Assembly (NCBI GenBank): GCA_030264375.1
Contig: JASCQW010000122.1
Span: 23,530,388 to 23,594,387 of the forward strand
Reading direction: 5' to 3'
DNA from: Carcharhinus longimanus
Lineage: Eukaryota
Length of the DNA: 64,000 bases
The notes beneath the pieces are model-generated. The model was not told the origin of the DNA, made no database searches, and was given only the letters and a program-made list of their open reading frames with translations. The translations under genes and the position numbers were made by a program. Shown here in pieces: positions 1 to 13,700 of this stretch. How positions within the stretch are numbered: position 1 is the stretch's first letter; every line of letters starts with the position of its first letter.

Positions 1-1367
1 CTGTAGAAATTCTGTGATTCATTTCTTTGTACTTTCAATTTCTATAGCTTGTCCGTAATCTCAAAAAAAATTGTTTACCTCTTTAATAATAGGTTGAGAA
101 TTAAGCTAATCATGTAATGCAAGATTCAATTATGCTTTTTATGATAATTATATAATGATGACATAGCATGGGTGATATTTCATAATTCTATATTAGCACC
201 TGAAAGTTATAGGGTGCGATACATTCAAACTGGTGAACATGTAAAATCTGAAATGATGAAGAGGTACTGCACAAGATATCAGTAAAGATAACTGAGTGTC
301 AACTTTGTTTAAATGAGCGAGTCTGTTTAGATGTTGACTTGCCTACTGTGTACTTGCAGCAAGTTTTCATTCAGACTAATACAGTTTTGTGAACTTTTCC
401 CCTTCTGCAATTAATTGATTCGCTAAACGTTAACACCACAAAGGTGTATGGTAGTAACAATTGTTAAACCCAAAATAACATTTGTGAATCCATGGAACAG
501 TTTCATCAATTGAATCTGGCTTAAATGCTTTAAATAGTTTAACAATCTGAAAATTTCACTGTTTCAGCCCCTTTGCATTGAATGTTTATTGTCATTTTGC
601 AGTTCATCACATGGTGCCTTTTTAAAGCTATACAGTCCCATTAAAACATTTAAAAATTTTTGATTGAAGCTTGTTTTTCATATTGTAGCCTTTTTCCTTT
701 TTCTCCTCTTGTGAAGTAATTTTGTACTTCATGAATGATTTCTGTTGAAGAGAAATTTTGCAGGATGAGTAGGAACATTTCCCGTAAAGGTTCAGGTGTG
801 AATTGTTAGACTGCTTTTCTACTGTGAAGGAAAATCTCCCAAAATACTAATTTTTTAAAAAATAACTAACAACCTGTTTTTCCCCAAAGTGTAACTTGCC
901 AGTTGAAAATTAAAATTGTGTTCTGCAGTAGATTTGAAGGCGTAATGATAGCATGACAATGTGTAGAATCAGAAACAGCATTCCATCTGCCACCTGTTCG
1001 TTGCTTTGAATCTGAAATTAATCCAGTTAAATCAATGCTTACTGCCTATTGCTCCATAAATTAAGTAACTTTAAATTCGGGGGACAGAAATTTAGCTTGG
1101 TTGGTAATGCGAACATATGGTATTTCTGTTGACTGCCTGTTTTACGCATGACCTGATACTCGGTCTCATTAAATTCAGTGGAACTGAATTCTAGGTGAGC
1201 CATATTAGCCAGGGCCAATGCACTACATCATATTTGACACTGCTGTTAAAGACTAATATCCAGCGCTAACTGTGAAGTTATTCCTAATGCTAAATTCAGC
1301 CCAAGTTTATAATCTTTATTTTTGCACTTGCTACTTGGGTTCAAATGTTTAGCAATATTAAATCTAT

Positions 1368-1615
1368 TTGGTGACTAGTGGAGTGCCCCAGGGGTCGGTG
1401 CTGGGGCCTCAGCTATTTACCATTTATATAGATGATCTGGNNNNNNNNNNNNNNNNNNNNNNNNNNNNNNNNNNNNNNNNNNNNNNNNNNNNNNNNNNNN
1501 NNNNNNNNNNNNNNNNNNNNNNNNNNNNNNNNNNNNNNNNCATGATCTTGTTGAATGGTGGGGCAGGCTCGAAGGGCTAGATGGCCTACTCCTGCTCCTA
1601 TTTCTTATGTTCTTA
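1368..1615 (+). mobile_element. CR1 LINE fragment spanning an N gap
   Basis: RT motif [23 protein letters not shown] before the gap; CR1-type 3' tail (gcctactcctgctcctatttcttatgttctta) after it. Confidence 0.85.
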
Positions 1616-3059
1616 TTTGCAAATTTATTTCTGACATTGTATCGTAATAGAAGGAACTTGTGGGGAGCATTAGTTTTAATAATGTATTTGAGAATATTTT
1701 GTTATTCCTCTTTGTTGTCTTTGACCTATGTGACCAGTTAACCATTTTACCTTTCTTTTCTTTGTGGCTTTTGATATTGCCAGGAGCTCCATACTGTACA
1801 TGGTCCATTTTGCGTTCTTTTGTCCTATCATTGTTCTCCTTTTACCTTTTCCAATGTAACCAGCATGTTAATAATTTTGCCTCATGTCCTTAACAGTCAA
1901 CTTCAGCCTGTTTCCAGGATCTATCCTCGCTTATCATCACTATCTTCATGAACCTCTACTGAAATCCTGTTTTTCATATATTATTAACTGCAAATTCTAT
2001 GGCTTTGCTCAATCCTATCTCTAACATTCTTTAGTCATATGTGCTAGTTTGTATGCTGCATTTTCTTCCAGTTCAGATATGTGGTGAATTTCCCCCAATT
2101 CCTACTCTATCATAAATGGCAGTAGTCAGCCAGCTCTCCCATGGTCACGAGGATCCTCTTCTGAACTTCTAATTTATCAGTTTTCCCTACTTTAAAAAGC
2201 TTTCTCAGAAACACTTTGACCCGTGCCTCCATTGCCTCTGAACTTTCTCATCCTTAATGACTGTAGTGGTATTCCACTTCCTCACATGCTTTTTGATATT
2301 TGTTTTCAGGGGATGGATGATGCAGGCAAAGATTTTGTTATTGGCACATCCCTAGTTGTCCTGAGAAAATAGCAGAGAGCTTTCTCCTTTACCTGATGTG
2401 ATGTCTGTGGTGACAGTGTTCCCACAATGGTGTTAAGTGGGCAATTACAGAATTTATAACTTGGTGACAATGAAGGAACAGTAGAGTTGCCTAAGTCAGG
2501 ATAGTGAGTGTTGAATGTAAATATATTATTTNNNNNNNNNNNNNNNNNNNNNNNNNNNNNNNNNNNNNNNNNNNNNNNNNNNNNNNNNNNNNNNNNNNNN
2601 NNNNNNNNNNNNNNNNNNNNNNNNNNNNNNNTTATAATTTTTCCATGCTCTTGCTGCTTGTCCTTATTGGTGTTTGTTCAAGTTTGCAGAGGCTGGAAAA
2701 TGTTTCACGAGTGACCTTGGTAAATTGCTGCAATGCATAGTCTGAATTAGAAATGTATACAGTTTGGGTTACTTGTAGCTGTGTTGTAAACTCTGACCAT
2801 CTTCACTTATACCTGGCCAAAAAAGGTGAGCTGTCCATAGCATGAGAAACAGTCAAAACATAAGACTTGAAAGGGAAACCAACTGCCCTGGTAGTATGGG
2901 ATCATTTTCTTATGTCATTCCTGAATATTGTATTAGCCCAGATTTTAATTGAAATAATGGTGAGGGCTAACAGTGCTGTCTGCAATTAGAGTAAATCTAG
3001 AGTTCACACCTGTATATTTAAATGTGGGAAGTGAGCACACATAATGTTCTACTGCTGTA

Positions 3060-3340
3060 CTGATGGGTGTGAGTTAAACCAAGGCCATGACTGCTTTCTA
3101 AAGTGGACATGAAAGATCCCATGATAATGTTTCAAAGAAGAGAAGGGGAGTTACCCCAGGTGCCCTGGCCAATATTTATCCCTCCATGAATGTCACAAAA
3201 CAGATTATTTGGTAATTATCACATTGCTATTTGCGGGAGGTGTGTGTGTGTGATGATTTCTACATGACTGTACTACAAAAATAATTTTTTTGGAATGTCC
3301 TGAGGACATGAACAGTGGTATAAATGCACATATTTCTCTT
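3060..3340 (+). mobile_element. Deu-domain SINE (SacSINE1/AmnSINE1-like), degenerate
   Basis: ttaaaccaaggcc...aaagatcccatg...gaagagaaggggagtt...ctggccaatatttatccctc resembles the Deu central domain. Confidence 0.65.
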
Positions 3341-3904
3341 TTTGGATCTTCCTCAAACCTGCCTCTGACTAGCTGTTGGTAACCCCTCCTACTGTTATGC
3401 CTGGATCGGAATTGATATTTTTCATTTACCTTGGGACATTCTTCTAACTTGAACAGATTATTTGAATCCAAGTTTTGTTTTGAACATGGCTGCACATGTC
3501 TCCTACTTTGGAAAGTGACCTGGTTCCATATGAATAACATGTATTTGTGAAAAATGCATTGAATGCACAATGAACATAAAACTGCACTATTTGTCAGATG
3601 TAAATGCACTTTAAACTAACTGGTATGCTGCACACTTGTTCAATGGCAACAATCTCTTTTCAGCTACTCCTAATAGTAAAAAAAAATGCCTTGTGTTTTA
3701 TTTTACTGAATATTTTAATACCTAGATTTTTTTAATCTAGTAAGGATTAGTTGGTAACTTAAATGGGGAGTTCATCATTGCTTTTGGTTTGTATCTTTTG
3801 TGCATCTAGTAATATCTAATTTGTCCATAATTGAAAAGTAGAAAATGCTGGAATAACTCAGCAGATCTGCCAGCACTTGTGCAGCAAGAAACAGGGTTAA
3901 TTAC

Positions 3905-4142
3905 TAGTGGGTGTAGGTTTAAAGGAGATTTACGAGGCAGGTTTTTACACAGAGGGTGCCTGGAACTTGCTGCCGGGGAGGTAGTAGAAGCAGATACGAT
4001 AATGACTACATGAATAGGATGGGAATGGAGGGGTATGGTCCCAGAAGGTTAGGGGGTTTAGTTCAGTCGGGCAGTATGGCCAGTGCAGACTTGGAGGGCT
4101 GAAGGACCTGTTCATGTGCTGTAATTTTCTTTGTTCTTTGTT
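3905..4142 (+). mobile_element. CR1 3' end fragment
   Basis: RFKGDLRGRF..acacagagggtg...ctggaac C-terminal ORF2 motif followed by a ttctttgtt tail. Confidence 0.65.
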
Positions 4143-4615
4143 TTGAGTCCAATCTGACTGTTCCAGAACTGGAAAGAGGTAGAAAGATGATGAGTTTTTG
4201 TTGCTGTTGAAAAGAGGGGTTGAGATTTAGGTGCAGCAAAACAGAAGGTCAGGAGTAGGTTAGTGGGCAGAAGAGATTAAATGACAGAGGGACAGAAGAG
4301 ATTAAATGATAGTATAAATACAAAAGCTTCGGTGTTTAGTGAGTGTTAGTAATAGTTCCTCTGTCCACAGACGCCGCCAGACCTGCTGAGTTTTTCCAAC
4401 ATTTATTTCAGATTTCTAAGTGGATTTGTGTATTTGGCTAAAACATATATAAAATATGGACCCTAAGTGAGGTTAGTCTTTTATAACACTCAGTATATGA
4501 GCTCATTTTAAGTGTTTTAGTGGACTGCAAAAATATGTTCCCTTTCCTGATTGTGCAAGCATTTTAATTTGATAGAATTATACTCATTTCATAATATTTC
4601 TCCTTCTGCTTCCAG

Positions 4616-4775
4616 GTGTGTGATGAAGATGGACCATCATTGTCCATGGATCAATAATTGTTGTGGTAATTTGAACCATGGCTACTTTACCTCATTTCTG
4701 ATGTTAGCCCCATTGGGTTGTATTCATGCTTCTGTGATTTTAATCATGACCATGTACACACAGCTTTATAACAGG
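4616..4775 (+). CDS. ZDHHC6: ZDHHC6 exon with DHHC catalytic motif
   Basis: ttccag|G TGT GTG ATG AAG ATG GAC CAT CAT TGT...AAC AGG|gtaagt; CVMKMDHHCPWINNCCGNLNHGYFTSFLMLAPLGCIHASVILIMTMYTQLYNR. Confidence 0.96.
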
Positions 4776-7700
4776 GTAAGTAGTGCATGACATTATTTTA
4801 TGTAGATTGCAGGATGGTATCACAATAATTATGGCTTTGTTGACTGCTATGGGAGTAATCTCAAAAATGGTAATCAGTTTTACGCAAAAGGTGGCAATTG
4901 ATTTGAAGAAAACTGATTTGAAATTGTTTAGACATTGAGATCAACTTATTTAGCAATATGTTAAAACACATCTTTTTAAAGTTTGCTTTCATGTGTTTTT
5001 ATTTCAGATATCATTTGGTTGGAGTTCAGTAAAGATTGACATGAGTCTGCCTCGTAGAAATCTGCAGTATGTCGTTCCTTTTGGAATTTATGGATTTGCT
5101 GCCTCTCTTTTTGCTTTGGGATTGGCAATCGGTACAACGATAGCTGTTGGCATGTTGTTTTTTATTCAGGTACTATTTAGAATGGAATGCCTTGAAGTAT
5201 CAGATGGTTGGATTTTTTTTTCTTCCTGACGGTTACATTGAACAGACTGTTTTAAAGGTCACTTTTTATTTTGGTAATATCAACCCTATTAAATTTGATA
5301 CTAAGCACCTAAGAAGTGTTGCAAAGTTTTACAAGGAGCAGTAAGGCTAGACAGTCCAAATTGTAGTTAGGACATTGTTGGAAGGGGCTGAAAAGCGTAT
5401 TTGTTCATTGACCTTATCACTAAAGTAACCAGGCCCCAACATGCCTCCTACAAGGTATCAAATAATTGCTATTGCAAAGGTTTCCCAATTGCACAATTTT
5501 GAATTCTGTGAAGAATTAGTACCCATTCGTACTGTATTGTAATAGACTCTCTCTAAATATTTGAATTGACTAACTTTTGCAGGAGCATTGGGGTTTACTG
5601 TTCTGATTTTCTTTGTAGATGAAAGTGATCCTCAGGAATAAAACCACCATTGAAGTTTGGATAGAAGAAAAGGTAGGTTTATTTCGACATCCTATAGATT
5701 CTAAGTTTGAAATCATTTTTCAATAATTTTGTTTGAATGCTCCTAACGATTAAAGTAGAAGATATTTTCAAGAAAGCAAAAATTTATCTTGGGGTATTGG
5801 CAATGTGGACAAGGTACATTTACACTATATCCTTACAAAAGTGATGGTCATGGTGGACTGTTTTGAATCGCTGCAGTTTTTGTGGTTGCCACTCCCACAA
5901 TGGTGTTATGTTGGGAATTTCAGCATTATAAGCCAGCAGTGAATGAACAATGATACATGCGTGTTTGGATGATGTGTGACCTGAAGGCGATGGTAGCCCC
6001 AAAACATTGCTGCTCCTCTTCTGGTGACATAAGTCAGAAAGAAGGGAAGTTTTCCTAAGTAACATTGAGTTGCTGCAGTGCTTACTTTTGCCTATGTACC
6101 CACACTTCAATGTTCTTGGCTTGTCCCTCGAATTTAAGTTTTAGTCTATTAGTGTCAAAAGTAGGCTTACATTAACACTGAAATGAAGTTACTGTGAAAA
6201 TCCCCTAATCGCCACACTCTGGCTCCTGTTCGGGTGCACTGAGGAAGAATTTAGCAAGGCCAGTGCTCCTAACGAGCATGTCTTTTGGAGGAAACTGGAG
6301 AACCCAGGAAACCCACACAGACACGGGGAGAACGTGCAGGCGCTGCACAGACAGTGACCCAAGCTGGGAATCGAACCCAGATCCATGGCATTGTGAGACA
6401 GTACTGCTAACCACTGTGCCATCGTGCCGCTCGTTCTTTCTGAATTGCCCCGTAACCATATTCACTTAAATTTTGCTACCACCAGACTCATGACCTTTCA
6501 AAACTTGCCTAAATGTGACAACTAAGTCATAAAAAGGGGACTAGTCTCCTCTTTCCGTCAACTCTCTTACGCTCACTGGTCTTCCATGTTATAGGCTTCA
6601 CTGGTTTATTTCTGCTTCAGTGCTATCGTAGTCTATGACTGATAATGGGTAATATTGATGGATTGGAGAACGTCCTACTCTTGACGAGTTACTCTATCTT
6701 AACCATATTCTGTATGTCATCATGAACACCCAGGCAGGAAAATCAATTGGGGATTTTTTTAACATAAAAATAATAATTTTAGTGGTGTTGAACTTGCTCT
6801 TTAGAGCCAGACTGCTTTAATGCTGTGGGGCTGAGACCTGCATTTGAGGTTAGACATTGGTTCTAGAGACTGCTTTGATTTACACAGCTTTAAAAGATGT
6901 GCGAGTGAGGTTGATTGGCTATGCTTAAAAAAAAATTGCCCCTTTGTGTCCTGAGATGCATAGGTTAGAGGGATTAGTGGGTAACTGTGTAGGCATATGG
7001 TGTAGGGTCTGGGTGGGATTGTGGTCGGTGCAGATTTGATGGGCCAAATAGCCTCTTTCTCCACTGTAGGATTTCTATGATCTATGATTTAATATCGCTG
7101 CAAACTTCAACCACTTCAAGAAATGCTAAGATATGTGGAAATCCACAGTTGAACACTAAGGTTTGTTTAAATGTCCTCCAATGAAGGATATCTTAACAGC
7201 ATTGTTACAAAAATACCCTGATCATTGAANNNNNNNNNNNNNNNNNNNNNNNNNNNNNNNNNNNNNNNNNNNNNNNNNNNNNNNNNNNNNNNNNNNNNNN
7301 NNNNNNNNNNNNNNNNNNNNNNNNNNNNNNNNNNNNNNNNNNNNNNNNNNNNNNNNNNTGAATGGCGGGGCAGGCTCGAAGGGCCAGATGGCCTACTCCT
7401 GCTCCTATTTCTTATGTTCTTATGTTCTTATAATATATATACTAGTGAACAAATTTGAATATTTCATTTAGTTCCTGACTTTTGACAACATACATTATGT
7501 CTCATTTTTCTCCCAAATGTTTATAGAAAATTCTTCAAGAGGGGCAAAAAGTTTACGTTAGAGAGGAAAATGTAAAAAAATATTGTTTACAAATCTTTAT
7601 TGATATACAAGTATTTTAGCAAATCACAGAAATGGATTTGATCAAGTAGGGTGGGAGAAGACTCAGGTGGAAAATGCACACTGGCACAGATCAGTAGGGC

Positions 7701-10700
7701 TTAATGATCTGTTCCTGTAGAATAAATTATCTGTTCCTGTAGAATAAACTCTATATAAAAGTGACTCCTGTATTAGCAGGCACATTCCTATTCCTGCAGA
7801 CTGCATTTTATTGTGTATAAACGGAGATATTTGACCGATATATAATTTGCTTGTTTAACTTACAGAACAGATACCTGAAATCTGTCTCCAATTTTAAAAA
7901 TACATCCTTGAAAAGAAAAATCAATATTTAACATGTTCACATTGTTACACATTGTAAGGCGATGGTAAAACTTGTAAGTGGGAGAAATGGATGATAGAAA
8001 CATAGAACATTTCAGCACAGTACAGGCCCTTCAGCTCTCATTGCTCGGTACAGCATGTCCAATCCCAAGATCAAGCTATCCCCTCCCTATAATTGATGAT
8101 GGCTGATTGAGGAATTTTTGGCAAGTTCAGTTTATTGCAATCAAGTGCAGCCTCCTTTTGGAACCACAGTTCATACTGTGCTATGTGCTGCTGGGAAAGT
8201 TGTGAAAGTGTTATTCCAGAACTGGTTTACTTGCCTGGTAACTTGGTTTGCAGATTACCATATCCCTTCAAAATACACTTTTTTCAAATTTGATGATGCC
8301 ACCTGTCTACTTTTTCATAGGCCAAAGACAGAATCCAGTATTACCAAACGGGTGAGGAATTCATTTTTCCATATGACCTTGGAAGCAAATGGAAGAACTT
8401 CAGGCAGGTGTTCACATGGTCTGGGGTTCCTGAGACGGATGGAATTGTCTGGCCCGTTCGTGAAGGCAGCCATCAGTACACATTAACGGTTAATTCATTT
8501 CTTTTTAATTATCTTGTATAAGTTGAGATAAACTGTATAAAATATTTAAAAGTAAATAGTATATATTTTTCAAATAATTTTGTTCCTAAGTTTTTAAAAA
8601 TTTCTGCGGACTGTTTCCTTCTGAACATTTTCCTCTGGCCTGCAATGGCCACATTTCACAGATTATGCCAGGGTTTGCTTCATTTTACTTCTGGACGTCA
8701 AAAATTGATCTGTTTGGGCCAATTGGTATTGTTCTTTCCTTCTGAGTTGGAGTTATGGTTTCAAGACCATTCCAGGAATTGGATGCATAATCTGAGACTT
8801 TGTTGTAATACCGAGGGACTGCATTGTTGGAGATGCTGCCTTCCTCATGAGTCATTCATTGGAGTCCTGTTACCCCGTTAAATAGGACATAAATGATCCG
8901 AAGGCATGTTATCCAAGAGGAAGCATGGAGCTGTTCCAATATCCTGACCAATATTCATCCCTCAATTAAAACCAGCTAACTGTTCACTGGTCAGTGCTCT
9001 TTGTGAGATCTTGCTTCTGCCATTTGGCTGCAACAGCAACATGGGAAACAGCTACAACTATATTTGTCTTAGTAAATTTTGGCTGTGAGGTATTTCGGGA
9101 TGTCCTAAGGACATGAAAGGTTGTCTTTTAATGGTGAGTTTCTTTATCATAAGATCAAAACAATGCAGATTGTATTTTCTAATTCCAACATTTAGTTTGC
9201 ATTTCCTTACTGTAATCAGACAATTCTAAAATTGTTTACCTGAAATGACTTGCTTCAACCAGCTACTGAGAGATACAGGAAAGAGACTCCCAAGTAAACC
9301 CGCTTGTTGATGGTTCTTCTTTGTTCTCTGAGAGAGCACTTTGAGCTCCATTTGACAACTGACCATGAGAAGGAGCACAGCTACATGCCTGCCTCCTACT
9401 ATATCAAATTGCAAACTAAAAGCATTGTGATGCAATGCATCAAATTCCTATGATCCCACATTTAAATCACAAATGAACTCCTTTAATATATTTAAAGTGG
9501 GAAGGATCAGTAATGAAGACAATTGCCTCTTGAGATTTGGATGACAGGAAGTGTTTGAACTTTGCTTTCACTCTGCAACCCCAGTCGGATTATTTTCTTG
9601 TAATTTCACTTGTACCTGTTGTCTAAAGTTACTTCAATTTGATAAGATAATTTATGTTAAATACTTGTATCTCTTTACAGATAGAGCAGTTGAAACAGAA
9701 AGCTGATAAAAGAGTGAGAAGTGTAAGTATTGTAGTGTCTGCAGGTTTGCTCTAGATGGCAGCATTTTGTATCAATGTAGCTTGTGTAAAATAGATTCTT
9801 GATATGAAAGAAATGAGTTTTGAAATCAATTATGTTAGCAGCTAGTCATAACAAAGATTCAGGAACTTAGTCATATGGCAGGTTTGCATAATATTTAGTA
9901 TGCTACAAATGGTTTACAACAGACATCTTTTGATGACAGGTATCTGCTTGAAGGATTCATTTTAAGACGGCACTTTTAAGATGGATTCATTCTTATGGGT
10001 TTATTGTTAAAAAGTTGCATTGAAATTAGTCAAGGAATAAAAGACATGATTAAAACACAGTGGCTAGCGCTGCTGCCTCTCAGCGCCATGGACCCGGGTT
10101 CGATTCCCAACTTCAGTCACTGTCTGTGCAGAATCTGCACATTCTCCCCATGTCTGCATGGTTTTCCTGCAGGTGCTCCTGTTTTCCCCCCCACAGTCTG
10201 AAAGAAGTGCTGGTTAGGTGCATTAGCCATGCTAAATTCTCCTTCAGTGTACTCGAACAGGTACCAGAATGTAGCAACTAGGGGATTTTCACAGCAACTT
10301 CATTGCAATGTTAATGTAAGTCTACTTGTGATACTAAATAAACTTCAAGTCCAGTATTTCACCGTTATTGCAGGTGACACCTTCGGAAGTAACCAAAACT
10401 ACTGGGTTTGACTTAAATATTGGCAAACAACATGACCATTGGTACAATATCAGATTTATAGGTTGCAAATTGATAGAACCCATAAGCTTTTGAAACCCCA
10501 ATTTGTAGGCAACCAGTAACCAACAAGTTAACCAAGAACTCAAATCATTGTCTTTGTAATTCCCAGTTAAATGCAACGAGATGCTACAGATGATTAAAAA
10601 ATTGGGAATTAAGAACCACTACTCTCAGGATCAGATTTTTTCAGCTTTTTGTAATTTCTATAGATAGTTGTAGAAGCACAGGAGAAGATTGATAACCCTC

Positions 10701-13700
10701 AGTTGCAGTAAAAATTGAGAGTAAAGGGATGGTCTATATTCAGTATCAACCACTAGATTGATGCCAACCCTGAGTGTTAGGGGATTCCTTGCCCCAAATA
10801 GTTCACAGGAGAAATCTAATTTCGGCCTTTCCCTCTTCTTGGGTAGTGATTATGGCAAGATGAGAAATGAAGAAACACATAATTAGGTAGGTCTTTAATC
10901 AGGAAGTTGAGGATAAGTCTTCACCAGGCTCAGAAGGGAACTATAGGATAATAGAAATTATCTTGTTATACTGATGGGTCAGGCAAGGTGACCTATTAGT
11001 ATTGGAAAACAATATGTTTTCATTATTTTGTATTATTGCACAAAGGTGAATCTGGTTATAGCTTGTTCTGTGTTCACTTCCTTGTGAAATAAAGCAGCAT
11101 AATGATTGGTATCTGGCCTCGTTTTGATTTACCTTCAAGAGATTTTGCACCTGCAAAAGACAGATGGTTTACATCTTGAGTGGGTATTTTTGTAAAACAT
11201 TTGGGTTAATCTATCATATGAATGGACAGTGTGAGTACACCAACACACAAGTATGGAATCCATTTATGGAAATGACTAACTCTGCTGAGCCAGCAAAACT
11301 ATATCACAGTATTAACATACTTTGTTATTCAAAATGAACATGTATGTTTCAAAAGAATCTTTTTTTAACTTGACAAATATGTCTCATGGTTGTGCAGAAA
11401 GAGACTGCCTTACCTGCTCACAATGAAAATGTCATGCTTATAAGATTTTTTTCATGATTTACAATGTATGTGTCATATCATGAACAGGTGCAGTATAGAG
11501 TGATTGAAGACTACAGTGGAGCTTGCTGTCCCATAACAAAAGGAGTCAAAACATTTTTTTGCACGCCTTATACTGAAGAACCTAGAATTCAGCTGAAGAA
11601 AGGAGAATTGATTTTAGTTACAAGAGGCCTCCCGTAAGTTGAGTGAAAATTGATCATTCTCCTGAAACACTAAGCAAATTATTGTTAATTAGAACATTTA
11701 TTTTCAGCTACAAACAAATTGTGATCTCCTGAAGCATCTGGTGAAAGTTGTGTATGTTTTAAAGAAAATTCTACTGTATTAACTTTGGGAGCTCTCTAAT
11801 GAAGTTAATCAATCACCATCACTGCCTGTTCTTTAAATGAAACCATAGGTGCTTACAGCATAAGAGAACGTCCTGACCCATCATGTCTGTGAGCAAAATC
11901 AATCCAATACTAATTCCACTGTCCTTTTTTTTCTCCCCCATAGCTTTGCAAGTTCCTCTGTATTGAATATTTATCTCATTTTTCCCTTCAAATGTACTAT
12001 TACGTATGTTTCAACCACTGCCTGTGGCAAAGCTTCTGTGTTCCAGCAACTCTCCACATAAATAAATCACTCCTTTCACTCTATTAATTACAATTTTAAA
12101 TTGATACTGATGACAACCAGGGGAAATAGTAGTCTCCTATTCAATCTGTTAAACTTTTTCATAATTTTATAAAATCTTTATTCTATCTCCTTTTTAGCAT
12201 TCTCTGTACTATGGAAATCGTCCCCCTATCTTAAATCTCTTCTCATGCCTATAGTTTCTAGGATCAGCTTGATGAATGTACACTGTATAATATCTCAATT
12301 GCTTAATGATCTTTCTGCAATGGAACACAGAACTCACACAGTACTCTTAACAGTGTCCTAACCAATGTTTTTTGGTAGCTTATCATCATTTCTTTGCGTT
12401 GGTACTCTGTTCCAATCTAGTAAAAATTTGTTGGTCTTTTTGTATCTGTACTCATTCATCAAGGTTTTGCATACTAGAATCCCTAGGACCCTTGTTAATC
12501 CACACTCTTCAGTGTGTTTCCATTGAGTATGAACTCCATTCCTTGTTTTTCTCCTATTCCTATATCCTTGCAGTCCTCATCACGTTTTGTTGCACTCGTC
12601 ATCAGAAAATTTAAAATTATGCTCCCTATACCAAAGTCCCAATCATTTTATAAAACAAGAGTGAACCCAGTCAGGATAGGTACAACCACTAGGCAAATCT
12701 AGATGGTCATCTAGAGCATGCTGCTGACATTCATAGATTTCCATACATTGACATTGCAATCTTTCCCAAACTTTCACGTAAATTCCTCATTTTCATTTAG
12801 GTGATAGTTGTACAAATTTACAATCTACATGACTATCCCAAAACTGCAAACCAGTAAATAACATCAAATAATGCAATTTAATCTAGCACACTACATATTA
12901 GAATAATTGGTGTAAATTGTACAGCAGATCATCTAACAACTGTTGAAGGAACACAATAGTACATGTGAGCCATTTAACATATAACGTGCATTTCCTTTAG
13001 TAGATATCCTGTGAAAATTGTACAACAATCAGTATCTTGATATTCTCCTTTTTCTTATGTAAAATAATCTGAAATTATAAATGCAGAATTTTTATTTGTA
13101 CCAATGCACAATTTTTGTGGGAGAATTAATTGGGAAGTGGTGTGGTGGACGGAAGATTGAAGATTTGACTAGGGTGTTTAATAATCTTGCACTGGCCCTG
13201 AAACCAGTACTGAACTTTGGGTTATTATCATTCAAACTCATCTCTAATCTGAGCAATAACCATTTACCCTATCTTGTTCTTTATTTCCTGTCCACCAGCC
13301 AACTTTAAATTAATACTGCTACACTTCCTCTTGTGCCATGCACCTACATTTTTCTAAAAAGTCTTTTATCAGAGAACTTCTTCAGCATCTTCTGAAAATC
13401 CATATACACTCTCTATATGATGCATATTCTTTTATCCAGTTAGACATCTTCAAAAATTAAATCTGTCAAACACGAGTTGCCTTCAGCAAATTTATGATTT
13501 CCTCCAAATCTCTCTTTACCTCACCACTATATTCATATTTTACTTCAAAATTATCAATCGTTTTCTTCTGCCTCCTTTTTAAGTTGGTTTAGTTTAATTT
13601 CTCTGAAGAATTAAAATCATGCAGTATTATTGTCCTTTTGTCCCTTCATATCTCTGAACTATCTGCAGATCTCCTTCTTTCCTGTCTCCACTATTGGGTG

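Noticed and set aside
1-4615. Upstream ZDHHC6 exons (e.g. KAPRSHHCRKC)
   Set aside because: No matching coding segment seen; presumably upstream of the window.
7707-7748. 22-bp tandem duplication (atctgttcctgtagaataaatt); a similar 23-bp one at ~58229-58278
   Set aside because: Two-copy slippage duplications with no spacers; not CRISPR-like and no sign of function.
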